A DNA stretch of 64,000 nucleotides from contig JAZKZN010000028.1 of the NCBI GenBank assembly GCA_045612705.1, forward strand, positions 1,287 through 65,286. Reading direction: 5' to 3'. Shown here one piece after another: positions 1 to 10,176 of the stretch. Every line of letters begins with the position of its first letter. Position 1 is the first letter of the stretch. Source of the DNA: Faecousia sp. (GTDB lineage: Bacteria > Bacillota > Clostridia > Oscillospirales > Oscillospiraceae). The notes beneath the pieces were generated by a model, which saw nothing but the letters and a program-made list of their open reading frames with translations, did not search any database and was not told the DNA's origin. Made by a program: the position numbers and the translations under genes.

Positions 1-1
1 T

Positions 2-883
2 ACCTACGAGGAGATCGTGGCGGCTATCCGCCCCAATACGAAACTGATTTTTGGCGAGACCATCGCAAATCCCGCGCTGAATGTGCTGGATATTGAGGTG
101 TTTGCCAAGGCGGCTCACGACAACGGTCTGCCCTTTATTATCGACAATACCTTTGCAACACCTGTTAACTGCCGACCCATCGAATGGGGCGCAGATATCG
201 TCACCCATTCCACCACCAAGTATATGGATGGCCACGGTGTGGCAGTTGGCGGCTGCATTGTTGACAGCGGCAAGTTTGACTGGACCAAGTATCCCGACAA
301 GTTCCCCGGCCTGTGCACTCCCGACGACAGCTATCACGGTGTCACCTACACCCAGCGCTTTGGTCTTGAAGGGGCGTTTATCACCAAGTGCACCGCACAA
401 CTGATGCGAGACCTGGGCTCTATCCAATCTCCCCAGAGCGCATTCTATCTGAATCTCGGTCTGGAGAGCCTGCCTTTCCGTATGAAGCAGCATTGCTCCA
501 ATGCGCAGGCTATCGCCCAGTTCCTCAGCGAGAATGAGAAGGTGGCGTGGGTGAAGTACGGCGGCCTAAAGGGTGATAAGTACTACGAGCGGACGCAGAA
601 GTATATGCCCAACGGCTCCTGCGGTGTTATTTCCTTTGGCCTCAAGGGCGGCAGAAAGGCTGCTGAGGTGTTTATGAAGCATCTGAAGCTGGGCTCCATC
701 GAGACCCACGTGGCCGACTCCCGCACCTGCTGTCTCCATCCCGCATCTGCCACTCACCGGCAGATGACCGATGAGCAGCTGGAAGCTGCCGGCGTGGGCG
801 CGGATCTGATCCGCCTCAGCTGCGGCCTTGAAAACAGCGAGGACCTGATTGCCGATCTGAAGCAGGCCATCGAAGCAGTATAA
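2..883 (+). CDS. metY: O-acetylhomoserine sulfhydrylase / Cys-Met metabolism PLP enzyme (5'-truncated by window edge)
   Basis: Open frame from position 2; motifs IDNTFATP, HSTTKY (PLP lysine), HPASATHRQ, IRLSCGLE. Confidence 0.9.
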   Translation, partial: TYEEIVAAIRPNTKLIFGETIANPALNVLDIEVFAKAAHDNGLPFIIDNTFATPVNCRPIEWGADIVTHSTTKYMDGHGVAVGGCIVDSGKFDWTKYPDKFPGLCTPDDSYHGVTYTQRFGLEGAFITKCTAQLMRDLGSIQSPQSAFYLNLGLESLPFRMKQHCSNAQAIAQFLSENEKVAWVKYGGLKGDKYYERTQKYMPNGSCGVISFGLKGGRKAAEVFMKHLKLGSIETHVADSRTCCLHPASATHRQMTDEQLEAAGVGADLIRLSCGLENSEDLIADLKQAIEAV

Positions 884-886
884 AAT

Positions 887-918
887 AAAAGGACGCGTCG
901 AAAAGACGCGTCCTTTTT
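887..918. terminator. Bidirectional intrinsic terminator
   Basis: aaaaggacgcgtc-gaaaa-gacgcgtcctttt hairpin between convergent genes. Confidence 0.85.
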
Positions 919-927
919 GCTTGGAGT

Positions 928-1848
928 TTAACTGTAGAGTACGCTCAGCATGGCAAACAGAACCATAGTCGCCAGTGTCAGAGCGGACAGGGCAGAGGAT
1001 ATCTGCACCCGCTCGCCCGGCTCATCTGCAAACACCGGAATAATGTAAGGGGGTGGCAGAATGAACAGAAGAACCAGCGCGCCCTCGAAGATGATGCCGC
1101 CCAGTAAGGTGCGATTCATGAGCGTCAGTATGAACAGCATCACGGCATTGATGCCAAAGCGCATAGCCATAAGACCGGCGGTCTTCCTCCAGGGGATCTC
1201 CCGGAGCACCAGGTCATAACCCACGCACAGCAAGATGATCATACCGGTGGGGGCGGAGATGAAGCTGGTGACAGAATCCAGAATGCCGCCTACGCCCCAA
1301 TCGTGGAGCTTGCCGTACAGACCGGTAGCGCCTACCACCAGACCCAGCAGAACTGCAATCAGGGTGGGGGAGGTGGTGAAGTCCTTCAAAATGGCCTTGA
1401 AATCGGTCTTGCCCACCAGCAGGGTCTTGTACAGGGTAAATACAAATAACTCCTGACCCAGCACCAGCATGGCGAACCGGGAGGCGCTTTGGTAGGGGAA
1501 TAGCAGGGCAAACAGAGAGAAACCCAGCATACCTGCTTCAAAACCAGAGGCGAGGAAGGGGGCAAGGCGGCTCTGCATATTGCTCAGGCGGATAATAAGG
1601 AAACCTATCAGGAGCATTACTGTACAGACCAGGAAAACAACGATAGGCAGAATGATGGAAGACAGGGAGTACTCCGCAGAGGCAAAAGCGTTAAACAGGA
1701 CAAAGGGCAGGGTCAGATTGATAATGACCTTTTTCAGTGTGTCCACGCCCTCCCGGGTGATGAACTTCCGGCTTCTGCACATCATGCCCATGATGAGCGC
1801 CAGAAACACCGGCAGGGCAGTTTCAATGACAGAGATCAGCTTGTTCAT
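928..1848 (-). CDS. AEC (auxin efflux carrier / malate permease) family transporter
   Basis: About 10 hydrophobic segments; N-terminal LPVFL and INLTLP signature; 2 nt downstream of the fucU stop. Confidence 0.75.
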   Translation of the reverse strand: MNKLISVIETALPVFLALIMGMMCRSRKFITREGVDTLKKVIINLTLPFVLFNAFASAEYSLSSIILPIVVFLVCTVMLLIGFLIIRLSNMQSRLAPFLASGFEAGMLGFSLFALLFPYQSASRFAMLVLGQELFVFTLYKTLLVGKTDFKAILKDFTTSPTLIAVLLGLVVGATGLYGKLHDWGVGGILDSVTSFISAPTGMIILLCVGYDLVLREIPWRKTAGLMAMRFGINAVMLFILTLMNRTLLGGIIFEGALVLLFILPPPYIIPVFADEPGERVQISSALSALTLATMVLFAMLSVLYS

Positions 1849-1850
1849 AC

Positions 1851-2297
1851 TTACTTAATGACACCCTTTTGCAGGATGATGTTGGCGTAAATAGCGGTTT
1901 CACCGGACTGGAGGATGCAGTAGCAGTCCTTTGCTTCATCGTAGAAGTCAAAGCGGTCGATGTTGCCCACAGCTTCGGCGCCTCTGGGATCGTGCTTGGC
2001 AATAATGGCCTTGTACTCATCCCATACGGGAATGACCAGATCCTTGTCACACTCCATTTTCTCCATGAGAATAGCGGGCTTTTCCACATAGGTATCCAGA
2101 GGGAACACCTGCAGGATAGCATCCAGCAGTTCGGGAACGCCGTGACCATCGGCGCGCAGGAAAATAGCGTTCTTTGCCTTTGCCATATTGGCGCCGGGGA
2201 AATTGCCGTCGCCGATGCAGATACGGTCGGAGTGGCCCATTTCAGCCAGCACCTTCAGCAATTCGGGGGAGAGAATGGCGGGGATATTTTTTAACAT
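1851..2297 (-). CDS. fucU: RbsD/FucU family mutarotase
   Basis: MLKNIPAILSPELLKVLAEMGHSD, DGNFP, RFDFY and GETAIYANIILQKGV are typical FucU motifs. Confidence 0.92.
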   Translation of the reverse strand: MLKNIPAILSPELLKVLAEMGHSDRICIGDGNFPGANMAKAKNAIFLRADGHGVPELLDAILQVFPLDTYVEKPAILMEKMECDKDLVIPVWDEYKAIIAKHDPRGAEAVGNIDRFDFYDEAKDCYCILQSGETAIYANIILQKGVIK

Positions 2298-2368
2298 AAC
2301 GAAATCCTCCTAAAGTTGATTTTTAAAAAAGAGATGATACAATAAAAGAAAACAACGGAGGTGCCACT

Positions 2369-2932
2369 ATGGATTTTGCGGCAGAACTGACGAAGTTTTC
2401 TCGATTGGCAGAAGAAAAAAGATTTGTAAACAGTCTGGAAGGGAATCTTTCGGTAATAGATCGGGCAACAGGCAATATTTACATCACCCCGTCCCATAAG
2501 GCTAAGTGCTTTTTGACCCCGGAGCAGATCTGTGTCATTGCTCCTAACGGGGAGCAGATCAGCGGTACGGAGAAGAAATCCTCGGAATTCTATCTCCATC
2601 AGGCGGCCTACCAGGCGCGCCCCGACATCACCGCTGTGATACATTGTCACACGCCTTATTTGACCGCATATGCCTTGGCATACCGGGATTTTGTCCCTCG
2701 CAAGGATTCCTTCTTATACCAGATCTTCGGCACGATCCAATGCCTGCCCTTCGGAGAGCATGGCACGCACGCCATTCATCAAGGCATCGAGGATGCGCTG
2801 CGGGGGCGTCCGGTGGCGCTTCTGGGCGGCCACGGCGTGGTGTGTGTCGGCGCGGATCTGGAGGATGCGATAGGGCTGATGGAAGCGGCGGAAAATTATG
2901 CCAAGTCCCTTTGGATCCAGAGCAGATTATAA
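2369..2932 (+). CDS. Class II aldolase/adducin family (fuculose-1-phosphate aldolase-like)
   Basis: EGNLS, YITPS, SSEFYLH, HCH and GGHG zinc ligands; GGAGG RBS. Confidence 0.85.
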   Translation: MDFAAELTKFSRLAEEKRFVNSLEGNLSVIDRATGNIYITPSHKAKCFLTPEQICVIAPNGEQISGTEKKSSEFYLHQAAYQARPDITAVIHCHTPYLTAYALAYRDFVPRKDSFLYQIFGTIQCLPFGEHGTHAIHQGIEDALRGRPVALLGGHGVVCVGADLEDAIGLMEAAENYAKSLWIQSRL

Positions 2933-2975
2933 ACTCACTTATCTGCGCTTAGGATGATAAAAGGTACGTAGTTTG

Positions 2976-3007
2976 AAAAGAGGCGGTCCGGGGACCGCCT
3001 CTTTTTT
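2976..3007. terminator. Bidirectional intrinsic terminator
   Basis: aaaagaggcggtc-cggg-gaccgcctctttt. Confidence 0.85.
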
Positions 3008-3017
3008 GTTTGGGAAA

Positions 3018-4826
3018 TTAGTATGCCTTGTACATAGGACCGTAGGCAGCGCAAGCACGGTAGTCTGCGCCTTCCTTGTCCATACCGAAGGCATTCCAGC
3101 AAGCAGGACGGAAGATGTCCTCCTCGGGAACGTTGTGCATGCATACAGGGATACGCAGCATAGAGCACAGGGTGATCAGGTCAGCGCCGATGTGACCATA
3201 GGAGATAGCGCCGTGGTTAGCACCCCAGTTGTTCATGACCTCGTAAGCGGTCTTGAAGGGGGAGCCATCCTTGCCGTCGCAGCGAGGAGCAAACCAAGTG
3301 CAGGGCCAGGTGGGGTCGGTACGCATCATCAGAGTCTTGGTGACATCGTCGGGCAGCTGCACAGTCCAGCCTTCTGCGATCTGCAGAACGGGGCCCAGAC
3401 CCTTAACCAGATTCAGACGGATCATGGTAGCGGGCATATCAGCACGGGTGGTGAAGGAGGAGGAGAATCCGCCGCCACGGAAGTAGCCGTTGTCGGCTGC
3501 GGGCCAGGTGGTAGCATCGCACATCTTCTTGATATCCTCGTCGGTGACTTCCCACCACTTCTTCATAATGCCGTTGCCGTTCTCATCCTTGCATTCGCCG
3601 CAAGCGTCCAGAGCAGTAGCGCCGGAGTTGATCAGGTGAATGAAGCCGCCATTTTCCTTAGCCTTGCCTTCGACCTTGTAGCCGGAAGCACGCTCACAAG
3701 CCTCGGGAGACCAGTAAGTACGCACGTCGGAGAACATTTGAGCGCGGTTGGTCAGAAGCTTCATGAACAGCATGCCCAGACCGTTCAGAACGTCGTTCTC
3801 GGTAGCCAGGATGTAGGGCTCGCGAGCACCGTTGTGGTCGAAGGTGGAGTTCAGCAGAGCTTCAGGGAAGTCGCAGTTGGGATAGAAGTCAGTCCACTGA
3901 CGCTGACCCTGGAAGCCGCCGGCGATAGCGTTGTGGCCAACCATCTCTTCCTCGCAACCTGCGGGCAGGTTGGGGTTGCCGTTGAACATATCCTTGATGA
4001 TGCAGTACATCTTAGCCAGGAAGTCCCACTGCTCAGCCTTCTTCTCGTCGGAGGTCTTAACGAAGTCGGGGTTCTTGTCCCAGCCCTCCTTGCAGTTTTC
4101 CTTGATCCAAGCCTTGGCACGAGCAACTTCTTCGTGATCGTAGATGCCTTCGGACATTCGACGGATGATTTCTACCTCGTCAACGGATTCAACACGCATG
4201 CCCAGGTAGGACTCGATGAATGCGGGGTCGATAATAGAACCGCCGATACCCATGCAGATGGAGCCGATCTGCAGGTAGGACTTGCCACGCATAGTTGCAA
4301 CAGCAACAGCGGCGCGGGCGAAGCGCAGCAGCTTCTCCTGTACGTCAGCGGGAATGTTGGTGACCTCGTCCAGATTCTGAACGTCGTGACCATAGATGCC
4401 GAAAGCGGGCAGACCCTTCTGTGCGTGGCTAGCCAGAACGGAAGCCAGGTACACAGCGCCGGGACGCTCAGTGCCGTTGAAGCCCCATACGCCCTTGATG
4501 GTCTGGGGATCCATATCCATAGTTTCGGAGCCGTAGCACCAGCAGGGAGTGACAGTCAGGGTGATGTCAACGCCATTCTTCTTGAACTTTTCAGCGCAGG
4601 CAGCAGCTTCTGCTACGCGGCCGATGGTGGTGTCAGCGATGATGACCTTAACGGGCTCGCCGTTGGAGTACTGCAGATTTTCTTCGAACAGCTTCTTAGC
4701 GGCCTGAGCCATTGCCATGGTCTGGTCTTCCAGGCTCTCACGAACCTTCAGAGGTCCGCGGCGGCCGTCGATGGTGGGGCGAATACCGATTACGGGGTAA
4801 TCACCGACGTATCTGTTTTTTGCCAT
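3018..4826 (-). CDS. fucI: L-fucose (D-arabinose) isomerase
   Basis: [47 protein letters not shown]; 602 aa. Confidence 0.96.
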   Translation of the reverse strand: MAKNRYVGDYPVIGIRPTIDGRRGPLKVRESLEDQTMAMAQAAKKLFEENLQYSNGEPVKVIIADTTIGRVAEAAACAEKFKKNGVDITLTVTPCWCYGSETMDMDPQTIKGVWGFNGTERPGAVYLASVLASHAQKGLPAFGIYGHDVQNLDEVTNIPADVQEKLLRFARAAVAVATMRGKSYLQIGSICMGIGGSIIDPAFIESYLGMRVESVDEVEIIRRMSEGIYDHEEVARAKAWIKENCKEGWDKNPDFVKTSDEKKAEQWDFLAKMYCIIKDMFNGNPNLPAGCEEEMVGHNAIAGGFQGQRQWTDFYPNCDFPEALLNSTFDHNGAREPYILATENDVLNGLGMLFMKLLTNRAQMFSDVRTYWSPEACERASGYKVEGKAKENGGFIHLINSGATALDACGECKDENGNGIMKKWWEVTDEDIKKMCDATTWPAADNGYFRGGGFSSSFTTRADMPATMIRLNLVKGLGPVLQIAEGWTVQLPDDVTKTLMMRTDPTWPCTWFAPRCDGKDGSPFKTAYEVMNNWGANHGAISYGHIGADLITLCSMLRIPVCMHNVPEEDIFRPACWNAFGMDKEGADYRACAAYGPMYKAY

Positions 4827-4919
4827 TGTAATTTCCTCCTAATTTCTCGCCGCAAAACGCGGGCATAGTTTACAATATCATATAACGCGTGCGCGCTACA
4901 TACGAAAGCATAGTCTCTT

Positions 4920-5897
4920 TCACAGAGAGATGCGGCATTTTAGCCGGGTGACCCGGGGCTCGCCGTCGTAGCCGTCCAGCCGTTCCAGCAGGAACTTGGC
5001 TGCGGTGGCGCCGATCAGATGGTCCGGCTGCTGCACGACAGGCAGGGGAGGCTTCATCATAGAGCATGTCTCCACACTGTCAAAACCGAAGACGTCTACA
5101 TCCTCGGGAATCCGCAGACCCCGTTCACGGGCAGCGGTGATAAAACCAAGGGTAATGTCATAGTTGGTGGTAAACACCGCAGTGGGAGGGTTGTCCCGGA
5201 GCATCAGATGCTCGCAACCCCGATAGCCGGTGGCAAAGTCATTGCCGCCGCTGAATACCAGACCGTCATCGTAAAGAATACCGGCGTCAGACAGGGCGCG
5301 AAGATAGCCTACCATACGCTCTTTCGCTGTATACACGGACTTGGGACCGGTGATAATGGCGATCCGCTGGTGTCCGCTGCTGATCAAACGGTTGACAGCC
5401 TCATAAACAATTTCGGAATTATCTACCAGCACAGCATCAATGTTTGCGCCCGAGATATCCCGGTCAATCAGCACGATGGGAATGCCGCAGTTGGCAGTAA
5501 GCTCCTTAAACTCGTCGTGAGACAGATCTTCGGGGGCATACACCAGTCCGTCAACACCGCAGGTGAGAATAAACTTCAGATTATCCCGCTCCATACCGTG
5601 ATTTGCGCCATAGCTGGAGATCAGACAGTGGTAATCCCGTTCCCGCATAGTCCGGGCCATAGACATCACTACATTCCCGAAGAAAGGGGCGGTCATATCC
5701 GGCAGAAGAATGCCTACAGAACGATTGCGCTGGCTTTTCAGGCCTCGGGCAAAAGGGTCGGCGTGGTAATCCAAAGCCTCAATGGCTTTGCGAATGGCTT
5801 CCGCGTTTTCTTTCCGAACATTGCCACCGTTCATAAATTTCGATATTGTGGAGGGCGCAACACCGGCCATCAAGGCCACATCTTTAATTGTTGCCAT
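4920..5897 (-). CDS. LacI family transcriptional regulator
   Basis: N-terminal ATIKDVALMAGVAPSTIS HTH plus a periplasmic-binding-type domain; ATG chosen from the upstream GGGGGTG RBS. Confidence 0.92.
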   Translation of the reverse strand: MATIKDVALMAGVAPSTISKFMNGGNVRKENAEAIRKAIEALDYHADPFARGLKSQRNRSVGILLPDMTAPFFGNVVMSMARTMRERDYHCLISSYGANHGMERDNLKFILTCGVDGLVYAPEDLSHDEFKELTANCGIPIVLIDRDISGANIDAVLVDNSEIVYEAVNRLISSGHQRIAIITGPKSVYTAKERMVGYLRALSDAGILYDDGLVFSGGNDFATGYRGCEHLMLRDNPPTAVFTTNYDITLGFITAARERGLRIPEDVDVFGFDSVETCSMMKPPLPVVQQPDHLIGATAAKFLLERLDGYDGEPRVTRLKCRISL

Positions 5898-5921
5898 AGC
5901 CACACCCCCCTAAATCTTGCT

Positions 5922-5938
5922 AAAAACGAATCGTTTCG
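5922..5938. promoter_or_regulatory. Putative LacI operator O1
   Basis: aaaaacgaatcgtttcg, a pseudo-palindrome (AAACGA-A-TCGTTT); exact reverse-complement copy at 6102-6118. Confidence 0.7.
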
Positions 5939-6024
5939 CGATGTGTCGACCGTAGGACGACATTTGTTTTCTTTATAATATAAAAAGATTTTTGTACTGT
6001 CAATACAAAAGTTGAAAAAAACTA

Positions 6025-6053
6025 TTGATTTTTTTGGCAAAGTTTATTATAAT
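6025..6053 (+). promoter_or_regulatory. sigmaA promoter for the sugar ABC operon
   Basis: TTGATT-N17-TATAAT. Confidence 0.6.
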
Positions 6054-6101
6054 AACTCCGTAAGCGCGTTTGAAGCCGGTCTGCAGGTAATAGTAAATAA
6101 A

Positions 6102-6118
6102 CGAAACGATTCGTTTTT
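6102..6118. promoter_or_regulatory. Putative LacI operator O2
   Basis: cgaaacgattcgttttt, the reverse complement of O1. Confidence 0.7.
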
Positions 6119-6281
6119 GTGCAACTTGCAACAAAGCGGCACAAATTGGCAATTTTCCCCTCTTGCGCAGTCTCCGTACAATTTATATATATTGTACACA
6201 AAGGTGGGACATCGGCCGTTCCGAGGACGAAGTTTTGCGTCTGCGATCTACAATTAATGATTAAGAAAGGTGAAGTTTGGA

Positions 6282-7781
6282 ATGGGTGAAACGATTCTGA
6301 AAATGCAAGGCATTCAGAAGTATTTCTCCGGCGTTCACGCTCTTAAGGGCGTTGATTTCGAATTGAGAGCCGGCGAAGTTCATGCGCTGATGGGCGAAAA
6401 TGGTGCCGGCAAGTCCACGTTGATTAAAGTTCTCTGTGGCATACATAAGAAAGACGGCGGCTCAATTGAGTATTTCGGCGAGAATGTGGAGTTTGGCAAC
6501 ATCGCTGAATCTCAGGCAGCCGGCATTAGCGTCATTCACCAGGAGCTGAATATGATGAACCACCTGACGGTGGCTCAGAATATGTTCATTGGCCGTGAGT
6601 TTATGAACGCCGGTTTCATCAACGACAAGAAGATGGAAGAAGAGGCGCAGCAGCTGTTCGACAAGATGGGCGTAAAGATCAATCCCTCTGTGAAGCTGGG
6701 CGACCTGACTGTTGGTAAGCAGCAGATGGTTGAGATCGCAAAGGCCGTCTCCCGCGACTGCAAGCTGCTGGTTCTGGACGAGCCTACTGCGGCACTGACA
6801 CTGCCTGAAGTTGAGGAACTGTTCAACATCATGCGCGACCTTCAGAAGAAGGGCATCGGTATGATTTACATCTCCCACCGTATGGACGAGATCAACCGCA
6901 TTTCCGACCGCGTGACCGTTATGCGTGACGGCGAATATGTCGGCACGGTGAACACTGCGGAAGTGACCAAGGACGACATCGTGAAGATGATGGTCGGCCG
7001 TGTGATCATGGGTGAGCAGAAGGCCTGTAGCAATTGCCCCGCAGATGCCGATATCCTCCTGGAGGTTAAGAACCTGAACGCCGGCCGTGAAGTCAAGAAT
7101 GTGAGCTTCACCCTGCGCAGGGGCGAGATCCTGGGCTTTGCAGGTTTGATGGGCGCTGGTCGTACGGAAGTTGCCCGAGCTCTTTACGGCGCTGATCCTC
7201 GTCAGACCGGTGAGATCATCCTCAAAGGCAAGAAGGTGAAGATCAGAACCCCCGAGCAGGCTGTTAAGAATGGCATCTGCTACCTGTCCGAAGACCGTAA
7301 GCGCTACGGCCTGATGCTGGACAAGTCCGTTGCTGAAAACACTACCATCTCCTCTGTGGATTCCTTTATTACCGCAGGTCTTATCAGCGATACCAAGATG
7401 CGCAGGGCTTCTGCTGAGTTCAATGAAAAGCTGCGCACCAAAACTCCTTCTATGGAGCAGTTGCTGAAGAACCTGTCCGGCGGCAACCAGCAAAAGGTTA
7501 TCATCGCCCGTTGGCTGATGAAGAACGCTGACATCTTTATTTTTGACGAGCCTACCCGCGGCATTGACGTGGGCGCTAAGAGTGAGATCTACCGCCTGAT
7601 GGAAGAATTGGTAGAACAGGGTAAATCCATCATTATGATTTCTTCCGAATTGCCCGAAGTCCTGCGTATGAGTGACCGGATCCTGGTTATGTGCGAAGGC
7701 CGTAAGACCGGCGAACTGGACATCTCCGAGGCAACCCAGGAGAAAATTATGCAACTTGCTACAATGCGAGAGGAGAATTAA
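6282..7781 (+). CDS. Monosaccharide ABC transporter ATP-binding protein (RbsA/MglA type, two NBDs)
   Basis: GENGAGKST, LDEPT, LSGGNQQK, DEPTRGIDVGAK. Confidence 0.95.
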   Translation: MGETILKMQGIQKYFSGVHALKGVDFELRAGEVHALMGENGAGKSTLIKVLCGIHKKDGGSIEYFGENVEFGNIAESQAAGISVIHQELNMMNHLTVAQNMFIGREFMNAGFINDKKMEEEAQQLFDKMGVKINPSVKLGDLTVGKQQMVEIAKAVSRDCKLLVLDEPTAALTLPEVEELFNIMRDLQKKGIGMIYISHRMDEINRISDRVTVMRDGEYVGTVNTAEVTKDDIVKMMVGRVIMGEQKACSNCPADADILLEVKNLNAGREVKNVSFTLRRGEILGFAGLMGAGRTEVARALYGADPRQTGEIILKGKKVKIRTPEQAVKNGICYLSEDRKRYGLMLDKSVAENTTISSVDSFITAGLISDTKMRRASAEFNEKLRTKTPSMEQLLKNLSGGNQQKVIIARWLMKNADIFIFDEPTRGIDVGAKSEIYRLMEELVEQGKSIIMISSELPEVLRMSDRILVMCEGRKTGELDISEATQEKIMQLATMREEN

Positions 7782-7783
7782 TT

Positions 7784-8854
7784 ATGAGCAAAAATAAGAA
7801 CCTTGCCTCCAAGAATGTGATGGCAGGCGGCAAGCAGAGCATCGTGATCATCTTTGCTGCAATTATCCTGTTTGCAGTCTTCTACCTCATCAACCCCGGC
7901 TTCGCCAGCAGCGGCAACCTGCTGACCATGGCTAAGTCCTTCGTGCCCTACGCAATCCTGTCCCTGGGCGTCACTTTTGTTATCGCCACCGGCGGTATCG
8001 ACCTGTCCATTGGTACTGTATGTATCGGCTCCGCTGTTCTGGCAGGTGCTATTTGCAGAACCGGCGTTTCCCTGGAAGACGGTGTCCTGTGGGCAACCAT
8101 TCCCATCATCATTGTCACCGGCCTGTGCTTCGGCCTGATCAACGGCCTGCTGGTTGCTAAGTGCAAGATCGCACCCTTCATTGCAACCCTGGGTACGATG
8201 CTGGTATCCCGCGGTCTGACCGCAGTTATCTCTGAGGCGATTCGTAAGACCTCTTCCGCTGTTAAGTACCCCACTACTGGTTGGTTCCAGAAGCTGTTCA
8301 CCAACCTGAACGGTTTCCCCATCGGCATCCTGTGGGTGCTGGGCCTGACTGTGATCTGCATGATCGTGATGTACAAGACCAAGGTCGGCCGCTATATCCT
8401 GGCTATCGGCTCCAACGAAGAAGCTGCCCGCCTGTCCGGTATCAACACTGACAAGTATAAGATCATTGCTTACGCTATCTGCGGCGCTTTCGCAGGTATG
8501 GCTGCTCTGTTCTATGTGGCTTCCAACCCCTCTCTGACCATCGCAGCCGGCAACGGCATGGAACTGGACGCTGTCGCAGGCGTGTACATTGGCGGCACTT
8601 CCACCACTGGTGGTTCCGCTTCCGTCATCGGCTCCCTGCTGGGCTCCCTGATTCTGGTTGTTATTCGCCAGGGCCTGAACATCGCTCTGAGCAGCGGCAG
8701 CGTGGTTTCCGCAACCAACATCACCTACGCTGTCACCGGTGTGATTGTTGTTGGCGCTGTTATGCTGGACGTTCTGAAGAAGAAGTCCGCTGCTAAGGTT
8801 AAGATTCCTGTTGCTACCGAAAAGAAGCCCCAGGAAACCGAAACCAAGGCTTAA
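7784..8854 (+). CDS. Monosaccharide ABC transporter permease (RbsC type)
   Basis: GGIDLSIG, PFIATLG, GSNEEAARLSGI, ELDAVAG. Confidence 0.95.
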   Translation: MSKNKNLASKNVMAGGKQSIVIIFAAIILFAVFYLINPGFASSGNLLTMAKSFVPYAILSLGVTFVIATGGIDLSIGTVCIGSAVLAGAICRTGVSLEDGVLWATIPIIIVTGLCFGLINGLLVAKCKIAPFIATLGTMLVSRGLTAVISEAIRKTSSAVKYPTTGWFQKLFTNLNGFPIGILWVLGLTVICMIVMYKTKVGRYILAIGSNEEAARLSGINTDKYKIIAYAICGAFAGMAALFYVASNPSLTIAAGNGMELDAVAGVYIGGTSTTGGSASVIGSLLGSLILVVIRQGLNIALSSGSVVSATNITYAVTGVIVVGAVMLDVLKKKSAAKVKIPVATEKKPQETETKA

Positions 8855-8913
8855 AACCATTATTGTGTAATTAAAACCGCGAGGTTTTATATAAAAATTA
8901 GGAGGAAAACAAA

Positions 8914-9975
8914 ATGAAGAAAATCATCGCACTGCTTCTGGCTCTGGTCCTGGTTCTGGGCCTGGCTGCATGCAACAAGCCCGTTGAGACCCCCGACAAC
9001 ACCCAGGGTACTGAGGGCGAAAACGTAGAGACCAGCAAGGGCACCATCGCTGTCATCGCTAAGGGCGAGACTCACGCTTTCTGGCAGGCTGTTAAGGCTG
9101 GCGCTGTTGACGCTGGTAAGGCTGCTGGCTACGAGGTCACCTTCCGTGGCCCCACCGCTGAGAGCGAAGAGTACGTCAACGCTCAGCGTGAGATGGTTCA
9201 GGCTGCTCTGAACAACAAGGACACCAAGGCTCTGGTTCTGGCTACTATCGGCCTGGGCTTCGCTGATGAGCTGACCGCTGCTTTCGACAAGGGTCTGCCC
9301 GTTGTTGAGTTCGACTCCGGTCTGTACTCCGGCGGCGCTGACATCACCGAGGGCAAGGATCCCACCATCGGTGGCGTTGCAACCGACAACTATGCTGCTG
9401 CTGGCGTTGTTGCTGAGAACTTCTATGCTTACCTGAAGAACAACAACCTGGCTGTTGACGGCTACAAGGTTGGTATCATCCAGCACGACTCCACCTCCAC
9501 CGGTATCGACCGCGCTGCAGGTTTCAAGGAGAACATCGAGAAGCTGGCTCAGGCTGACAACATCACTCTGGACATCAACGTTCAGGTTAAGGCCAACAAC
9601 GCTGGCGAGTACAAGCTGGGCCTGGCTGCTCTGAAGGATTGGGGCGCACAGTCCATCTTCATGACCAACGAAGGTGTTGTTAACGAAGTCTTCCCCGAAG
9701 TCTCCGACAACGCTGCTGCTTACAAGGACATCCTGTTCGCAGGCTTCGACGCTGGCACCAACCAGTACAACTGGATGAAGGACAACGGCGCTAACTACGC
9801 ACTGCTGGTTGGCTCTGTTGCTCAGGACTCCTACTCCATCGGCTACAAGGCTGTCGAGATGGCTATCAACAAGCTGGCTGGCCAGGAAGTTTCCGATGTG
9901 GGTATCGCTGGTGTTTGGTACACTGCTGAGAACATCGACGAGCAGAGAGACAAGAACATCTTCTACATGGGCTAA
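8914..9975 (+). CDS. Sugar ABC transporter substrate-binding lipoprotein
   Basis: Lipobox LAAC; FWQAVKAGA, TDNYAAA, GFDA; strongly biased codon usage suggests high expression. Confidence 0.92.
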   Translation: MKKIIALLLALVLVLGLAACNKPVETPDNTQGTEGENVETSKGTIAVIAKGETHAFWQAVKAGAVDAGKAAGYEVTFRGPTAESEEYVNAQREMVQAALNNKDTKALVLATIGLGFADELTAAFDKGLPVVEFDSGLYSGGADITEGKDPTIGGVATDNYAAAGVVAENFYAYLKNNNLAVDGYKVGIIQHDSTSTGIDRAAGFKENIEKLAQADNITLDINVQVKANNAGEYKLGLAALKDWGAQSIFMTNEGVVNEVFPEVSDNAAAYKDILFAGFDAGTNQYNWMKDNGANYALLVGSVAQDSYSIGYKAVEMAINKLAGQEVSDVGIAGVWYTAENIDEQRDKNIFYMG

Positions 9976-10013
9976 TCCTTACTGTAGTTGAATAGTTTTT
10001 GCGGCTAAAACCG

Positions 10014-10044
10014 ACCGGCACCACTTCGGTGGTGCCGGTTTTTT
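10014..10044 (+). terminator. Intrinsic terminator after the ABC operon
   Basis: accggcaccac-ttcg-gtggtgccggt followed by a T-run. Confidence 0.85.
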
Positions 10045-10094
10045 AGAACGCCCATACACTTGAGTGCTGAAGGGCAGAAAATGTGCTTTCAGTA

Positions 10095-10123
10095 TTGAAT
10101 TGTGTGGTAAATCGTAGTATAAT
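10095..10123 (+). promoter_or_regulatory. sigmaA promoter for the kinase-SDR-PHP-reductase operon
   Basis: TTGAAT-N17-TATAAT. Confidence 0.6.
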
Positions 10124-10176
10124 AAATGGGATAAGGGGAAGATGCCTTATCTTATGCTAAAACGGGAGTGTGACGA

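Noticed and set aside
2973-4868. 631-aa plus-strand ORF
   Set aside because: Antisense shadow of fucI caused by strong codon bias; no motifs or RBS.
6116-6135. TTTGTGCAA motif shared with the cdaR upstream region (48693-48701) as a CdaR site
   Set aside because: A short AT-rich match with too few instances to distinguish from chance.
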